Assembly: GCA_036404115.1 (NCBI GenBank)
Contig: DASWPG010000053.1
Coordinates: 11,566 to 75,565 of the forward strand
DNA length: 64,000 bases
Reading direction: 5' to 3'
Origin: Cellulomonas sp.
GTDB taxonomy: Bacteria > Actinomycetota > Actinomycetes > Actinomycetales > Cellulomonadaceae
Every line of letters begins with the position of its first letter. Position 1 is the stretch's first letter. This document shows, piece after piece, positions 59,230 through 64,000 of the stretch. Made by a program: the position numbers and the translations under genes. The notes under the pieces are model-generated. The model worked only from the letters and a program-made list of their open reading frames with translations. It had not been told where the DNA came from and did no database searches.

Positions 59230-60321
59230 GTGGCCGCTGCAACTCTGTTCGTGACCCGGAAGTTCCCCCCGTCCGTCGGAGGCATGGAGACGCTCGCCGC
59301 CGACGTGTGGGCGACCCTGTCGGCCGCGGGCGACGGGCGGGACCGGCTGCTCGCGCACACCGGGTCCAACGCAGCCCTGCCGCTGTGGCTGCCCGGGGCG
59401 GCCGTCCGGACCGTCGTGCTGGTGCTGCGCGGGCGGGTCCAGCACGTGCTGGTCGGCGACGTGCTGCTCTACCTGCTGCTGCGGCCGGTGCTCGCCCTGC
59501 TGCGGGTGCCGCACGCCACGATGGCGATGGGCAAGGACGTGGTGTGGCGCCAGCCGGTCTACCAGCGGCTGGTCCGCCGCGTCCTGCCCCGGGCGCCGCG
59601 CGTGCTCGCGATCAGCTCGGCCACGGCCGCCTCGGTGGTCGCGGCAGGCGCCGCCGCCGACCGGGTGCAGGTGATCCGGCTCGGGGTGCGGCTGCCGGCG
59701 GGCGGCCTCGACCGTCAGGAGGCCCGCGCGCTGCTGCGCCGCCGGTACGACGTGCCGGCGGACACCCTGGTGCTGGTCACGCTCGGCCGCCTGGTCCGGC
59801 GCAAGGGAGTGGCCTGGTTCGCGGGAGCGGTGCTGCCGCAGCTGCCCGGCACCGTGCACCTGGTCGCGGGGGCCGGCCCGGACCGCCACCGGCTCGACCT
59901 GCGTGCGGCGGAGCCCGACCTGCACGGCAGGCTCCGGCTGCTCGGCTCGGTGCCGGACGCGGACCGCGAGCTGCTGATGCGCGGGGCCGACGTGTTCGTG
60001 CAGCCGAACGTGCCGGTGCCCGGCGACATGGAGGGCTTCGGGCTGGTCGCGGTGGAGGCGGCGGCGCGCGGCGCGCTGGTGGTCGCCGCGGACCTGGAGG
60101 GGCTGCGGGACGCGGTGCTGCCGGGCGAGACCGGTGAGCTGGTGCCGGCCCAGGACGCCGACGCCTGGCACGCCGTGCTGGCCGGCGTGCTCGCCGACCG
60201 CGCGGAGGCCGAGCAGCGTGCGCAGGACTACGCCGTCCGGTGCCGTGCGACCTACTCCCGGGAGCGGATGGGTGCCGCGCTGCGGCGGTCGCTCGGCCTG
60301 GGCGCCACGGACGGCGGGTAG
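59230..60321 (+). CDS. GT4-family glycosyltransferase (PimB-like)
   Basis: TRKFPPSVGGME, GRLVRRKG, MEGFGLVAVEA. Confidence 0.88.
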   Translation: MAAATLFVTRKFPPSVGGMETLAADVWATLSAAGDGRDRLLAHTGSNAALPLWLPGAAVRTVVLVLRGRVQHVLVGDVLLYLLLRPVLALLRVPHATMAMGKDVVWRQPVYQRLVRRVLPRAPRVLAISSATAASVVAAGAAADRVQVIRLGVRLPAGGLDRQEARALLRRRYDVPADTLVLVTLGRLVRRKGVAWFAGAVLPQLPGTVHLVAGAGPDRHRLDLRAAEPDLHGRLRLLGSVPDADRELLMRGADVFVQPNVPVPGDMEGFGLVAVEAAARGALVVAADLEGLRDAVLPGETGELVPAQDADAWHAVLAGVLADRAEAEQRAQDYAVRCRATYSRERMGAALRRSLGLGATDGG

Positions 60322-60401
60322 CGGCCCGCAGACCCGGCAGATCGCGAGGTCCGGCGGCTACTATCGACGGCGCCCCCTGACATCGAGCACCCGAGGGTCC
60401 C

Positions 60402-61604
60402 GTGCACCGTCTCACGCACTCCGTCCAGCACTACGCCTGGGGATCGCCCACCGCGATCCCCGAGCTGCTCGGGCTGGCCGCCACCGGCGAGCCGGTCGCG
60501 GAGGCGTGGTTCGGCGCCCACGCCAGCGCGCCGTCCCGGTGCGTCGGTGCGGACGGGGCGGTCGGACCGGCGATGACCGAGGTGATCGCCGGCGACCCGT
60601 CCGGGGTGCTCGGCGAGGACGTCGAGGCCCGGTTCGGCGCGACGCTGCCGTACCTGCTCAAGGTGATCGCGGCCGACACCCCGCTCTCGCTCCAGGTGCA
60701 CCCGCACATCGCCCGGGCCCGCGAGGGCTTCGCGGAGGAGGAGGCCGCCGGGGTGCCCGTCGACGCCCCGCACCGCAACTTCCGGGACCGCAACCACAAG
60801 CCGGAGCTGGTCTACGCGCTGACCCGGTTCGAGGCGATCTGCGGGTTCCGGGCGTCGCGCCGGGCCGCGGAGCTGCTGGAGGGGCTGGACGCCCGCCTGG
60901 CCAAGGAGCTGCGGCTGATGCTCGCCGAGCAGCCGACCGCCGCCGGCATCGAGGCCGCCTTCACCCGGCTGCTGCGCCCCGCGACCCGCCCCTCGCCCGA
61001 GGAGGTCGAGGAGGTCGCGATCGCCTGCGCGCACCGGCTGGCGGACGGGTCTCCCTCGCCGCGGGCCGACCGGACCGTGGTGCGCCTGCAGCAGGCCTAC
61101 CCGGGCGACCCGGGCGTGGTGACCTCGCTGCTGCTCAACCCGGTCACCCTGCAGCCGGGCGAGGCGCTGTTCGTGCCGGCGGGCGGGGTGCACGCCTACC
61201 TGAGCGGTCTCGGCGTCGAGATCATGGCCAGCTCCGACAACGTGCTGCGCGCGGGGCTGACACCGAAGCACGTGGACGTGGACGAGCTGCTGCGCAACGT
61301 CGACTACGTCGCCGCCCCGCCGATCCGGATCGCGCCGGAGCGGTTCCACGGCGCCACCCGGATCTACTACGCGCCGGTGGACGACTTCGAGCTCTCGGTG
61401 ACCCGGGTGGACGACGACCTGAGCCATCCCCTGCCCGGGCGGGGCCCGCGCGTGCTGCTGTGCCTCGCCGGCACCCTGACGGTGTCCAGCCAGGCCGGCT
61501 CCGCCCTGCACCTCGCCCAGGGGCAGGCCGCGTTCGTCCCGGCCTCCGACGGCGCGCTGGCGGTGCACGGCGGGGGCACGCTCGTGCAGGCCGACGTCCC
61601 CTGA
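60402..61604 (+). CDS. manA: Mannose-6-phosphate isomerase, class I
   Basis: QHYAWGS, AEAWFGAH, LPYLLK, LSLQVHP, NHKPEL, HAYLSG, EIMASSDNVLRAGLTPKHVD. Confidence 0.95.
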   Translation: MHRLTHSVQHYAWGSPTAIPELLGLAATGEPVAEAWFGAHASAPSRCVGADGAVGPAMTEVIAGDPSGVLGEDVEARFGATLPYLLKVIAADTPLSLQVHPHIARAREGFAEEEAAGVPVDAPHRNFRDRNHKPELVYALTRFEAICGFRASRRAAELLEGLDARLAKELRLMLAEQPTAAGIEAAFTRLLRPATRPSPEEVEEVAIACAHRLADGSPSPRADRTVVRLQQAYPGDPGVVTSLLLNPVTLQPGEALFVPAGGVHAYLSGLGVEIMASSDNVLRAGLTPKHVDVDELLRNVDYVAAPPIRIAPERFHGATRIYYAPVDDFELSVTRVDDDLSHPLPGRGPRVLLCLAGTLTVSSQAGSALHLAQGQAAFVPASDGALAVHGGGTLVQADVP

Positions 61605-61608
61605 CCCC

Positions 61609-63759
61609 GTGACCACCTCGCCTCCCGGGCACCTGGTGCGCCGTCCGGCCGCGGCGCGCGCGTCCCGGCTGCTGGACGGCTGCCTGGCCCTGCTGCTCTC
61701 GCTGCCCGACCGGCTGCCGGTCCTCCTGGTCTGCCTCGGCGCACCGAGCGTGCTCGCCGTGCTGGTCGGGCAGTTCCGGCCGCTGGTGGTGCTGCCGCTC
61801 GCGCTGATCGGCGTGCTGCTCACCTGGCGGCTGGTGCCCGCCGCCCCGGCCCGGACCCCGGCGCAGCTCGGCGGGCTGCTCGCCGTGCTGCTGCTGTGCG
61901 TCGGGTGGTTCGTGCGCTCGCTGCGCTACGTCTCCGGCTACGTGGTGGTGAACCGCGATCCGGGCTTCCTCACGCTGCGCGCCCTCTGGCTGAGCGAGCA
62001 CACCACCGGCACCATCCCGGTCGGCGCGGCTGAGGCGGCCGCCGCGGCGGTCTCCGGCGCCAGCGCGGGCACCGAGGCGTTCACCCTGCAGGACGGCGTG
62101 CTGCACGTGCAGGGCAACGTGATGCTGCCCGCCCTGCTCGCCATCCAGGGCTGGGTCGGCGGCGAGCGGGCGGTGCTGGCCGGGAACCTGGTGATCGGCG
62201 CGATCGCGCTGCTCGCGGTGTACGCCGTGGCGCGGACGTTCGCCGGACCGCTCTGGGCGCTGGTGCCGGTGACCGCGCTCGCGCTCTGCCTGCCGTACCT
62301 GGTGACCACGCGGTCCGCGTACACCGAGCCGCTCACCGTCGCTTTCCTCTGCGGCGGGCTCGCCCTGCTGCGCGGGGCGTGGCGACGCGAGACCGGCGTG
62401 GGCCGTCACCTGCTGATCGGTGCGCTCACCGGCGCGGTCGCCGCGGCCCGGATCGACGGGTCGGTGGTCGTCGTCGGGCTCGTGATCGGCTACACGCTCG
62501 CGGCCGCCACGCCGCTCGGCCGGGCGGACCGGTCGGCGGCCCGCAGGCGTGCGCTCGCCGCGATGCTCGGCGCCGCGGTGATGGTGGCGCTGGGGATGAC
62601 CGACGTGCTGCGGCTCAGCCCGCAGTACGTGCAGGACCACACCTCGCAGCTGCACCAGCTGCTCGGCCTGGCGGCCGCGGTCACGGTGCTCGCCCTGCTC
62701 GTGCTGCTCGCCCCGACCGGCCTGCTCGGCTGGCTGCGGCGCTGGCTGCACCGGCACCGGCGGACGCTCGGCGCGCTCGCCGCGACGCTGGTGGTGCTGG
62801 TCGGAGTCGCGCTGGCCAGCCGGCCGTGGTGGTGGCAGGGGCACTTCAACGACCCCGACTCCGGGGCCGGCCGCGCGGTCGCGACGCTGCAGAAGGTCGC
62901 CGGGGTCGCGGTCGACGGCTCGCGCTCCTACGACGAGGAGTCGCTGACCTGGGTCTCCTGGTACCTGGGGTGGGTCGCGGTGCTGCTCGGGTTCGCGGGG
63001 CTGGCCGTGCTGGCCCGGCGTGCCGTGCGCGGGCGGGACCCGGCGCGCACCGTGCTGGTCGCCGTGATCGCCGTCGGCGCCGTGTTCCCGCTGGTGCGGG
63101 TGAGCATCACGCCGGACCAGATCTGGGCCGTGCGCCGCCTGGTGCCGGTGACGTTCCCGGGCCTGCTCGTGGCGGGCTCGTGCGCCCTCGCGGCGCTGGC
63201 GGGCCGGGTCCGGGACCGGCGCGCGGTGCGGCGTACGGCGCACGCCCGGTCGGGCGGCTCCACCGTGGCCCTCGTGCTGCGCCGGGTCGCGGCCGTCGGG
63301 ATCGCCCTGGTGGTCACGCTGGCCCCGACGCGGGCCTGGGGCGACGTGGCGGGCGTCGTGGAGCTCAGCGGCCGCGACACCCAGGCGCACGCGCTGTGCG
63401 ACGAGCTGACGGACCTGGGAGCCGACAAGGTGGTCTGGGTGCACAGCAGCCCGTTCCGCTACCTGGCCACGATCCGGGTGATCTGCGACGTGGAGGTGGT
63501 GGAGTTCACCCACGTGCCCACCGCCGAGGAGCTCGCCGCGGTCCGGGACGCATGGGGCGGGGGCACGGTGGCGGCGGCGACCTTCGACGTGACGGCGCTG
63601 CCCTGGTCCGGCGACCCGCCGACCGTGTCCGTGGGAGGCACGGTGTCCACCACGCTCGGGCGCACGCTGATCACGGCGCCGACCACCGTGGACCGGACCT
63701 GGAGCGAGATCTGGGTCGGGCTGGTGCAGGACGACGGCACGGTGGCCGCGACCGGGTGA
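61609..63759 (+). CDS. Large polytopic membrane protein, putative GT-C (paralogue of 21900-23993)
   Basis: NRDPGFLTL, RSAYTEPL, ARIDG, RSYDE, ITPDQIWAVRRL. Confidence 0.65.
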   Translation: MTTSPPGHLVRRPAAARASRLLDGCLALLLSLPDRLPVLLVCLGAPSVLAVLVGQFRPLVVLPLALIGVLLTWRLVPAAPARTPAQLGGLLAVLLLCVGWFVRSLRYVSGYVVVNRDPGFLTLRALWLSEHTTGTIPVGAAEAAAAAVSGASAGTEAFTLQDGVLHVQGNVMLPALLAIQGWVGGERAVLAGNLVIGAIALLAVYAVARTFAGPLWALVPVTALALCLPYLVTTRSAYTEPLTVAFLCGGLALLRGAWRRETGVGRHLLIGALTGAVAAARIDGSVVVVGLVIGYTLAAATPLGRADRSAARRRALAAMLGAAVMVALGMTDVLRLSPQYVQDHTSQLHQLLGLAAAVTVLALLVLLAPTGLLGWLRRWLHRHRRTLGALAATLVVLVGVALASRPWWWQGHFNDPDSGAGRAVATLQKVAGVAVDGSRSYDEESLTWVSWYLGWVAVLLGFAGLAVLARRAVRGRDPARTVLVAVIAVGAVFPLVRVSITPDQIWAVRRLVPVTFPGLLVAGSCALAALAGRVRDRRAVRRTAHARSGGSTVALVLRRVAAVGIALVVTLAPTRAWGDVAGVVELSGRDTQAHALCDELTDLGADKVVWVHSSPFRYLATIRVICDVEVVEFTHVPTAEELAAVRDAWGGGTVAAATFDVTALPWSGDPPTVSVGGTVSTTLGRTLITAPTTVDRTWSEIWVGLVQDDGTVAATG

Positions 63760-63810
63760 GGCTGTGGCCGGGTGGGGCTGCGGCGGGTGCCGGGCCGGGC
63801 CGGCCCGGGC

Positions 63811-64000
63811 TCAGTCGAGCCGGGCGGTGACGCGCTCGTCCGCCACGACCCGGTCCGTCCGGCTGGTCCGCGCCGCCGGGTCGTCGGCGCCGTCGGCCAG
63901 CAGCACGACCGAGCCGTCGGCGGCCAGCACGCCGAGCGTGCGCAGCAGCAGCTCGCCGGTGCCGGAGCGGGTGCCGGGCACGGGCAGCAGCGTGCGAGCA
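63811..64000 (-). CDS. 3' end of a gene entering from the right, possibly TIGR03089 family
   Basis: ...LRTLGVLAADGSVVLL...DRVVADERVTARLD*; resembles TIGR03089 C-termini, and that family often lies near manA/LCP/rml genes. Confidence 0.5.
   Translation of the reverse strand, partial: ARTLLPVPGTRSGTGELLLRTLGVLAADGSVVLLADGADDPAARTSRTDRVVADERVTARLD

Overview
This is very GC-rich actinobacterial chromosomal DNA. Gene content and order suggest Micrococcales, Cellulomonas/Actinotalea-like (inference). Bases 1-18.8 kb are mostly core genes: a LacI regulator, a cellobiose/cello-oligosaccharide-type ABC operon with three CebR/CelR-like operators, a DUF2505-like protein, pdtaS-whiB1, an ABC exporter with a NarL-type two-component system, a DraR/DraK-like pair, two tandem GtrA genes and purK-purE. 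Bases 18.8-64 kb form a ~45 kb cell-wall glycan locus running from purE to just past manA. It holds two LCP ligases, scattered rmlA/B/C/D, two gmd paralogues, Wzm/Wzt with a C-terminal carbohydrate-binding domain, eight GT4s plus one remnant, three GT2s, five large GT-C-like membrane proteins and flippase-like proteins. Two observations stand out. (1) A three-gene module [coiled-coil anchor, GT4-A, GT4-B] is duplicated: one anchor is an FkbM methyltransferase fusion, the other a 107-aa catalytic-domain-free protein with a shorter spacer. This suggests a WbdD-like ruler system with two rulers. (2) Two peptidoglycan hydrolases flank wzm/wzt and share a 4-repeat DUF4214-like tail that may bind the exported glycan. 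No rRNA, tRNA, CRISPR array or mobile element was seen. All family calls come from motif recognition by eye; no database search was run.
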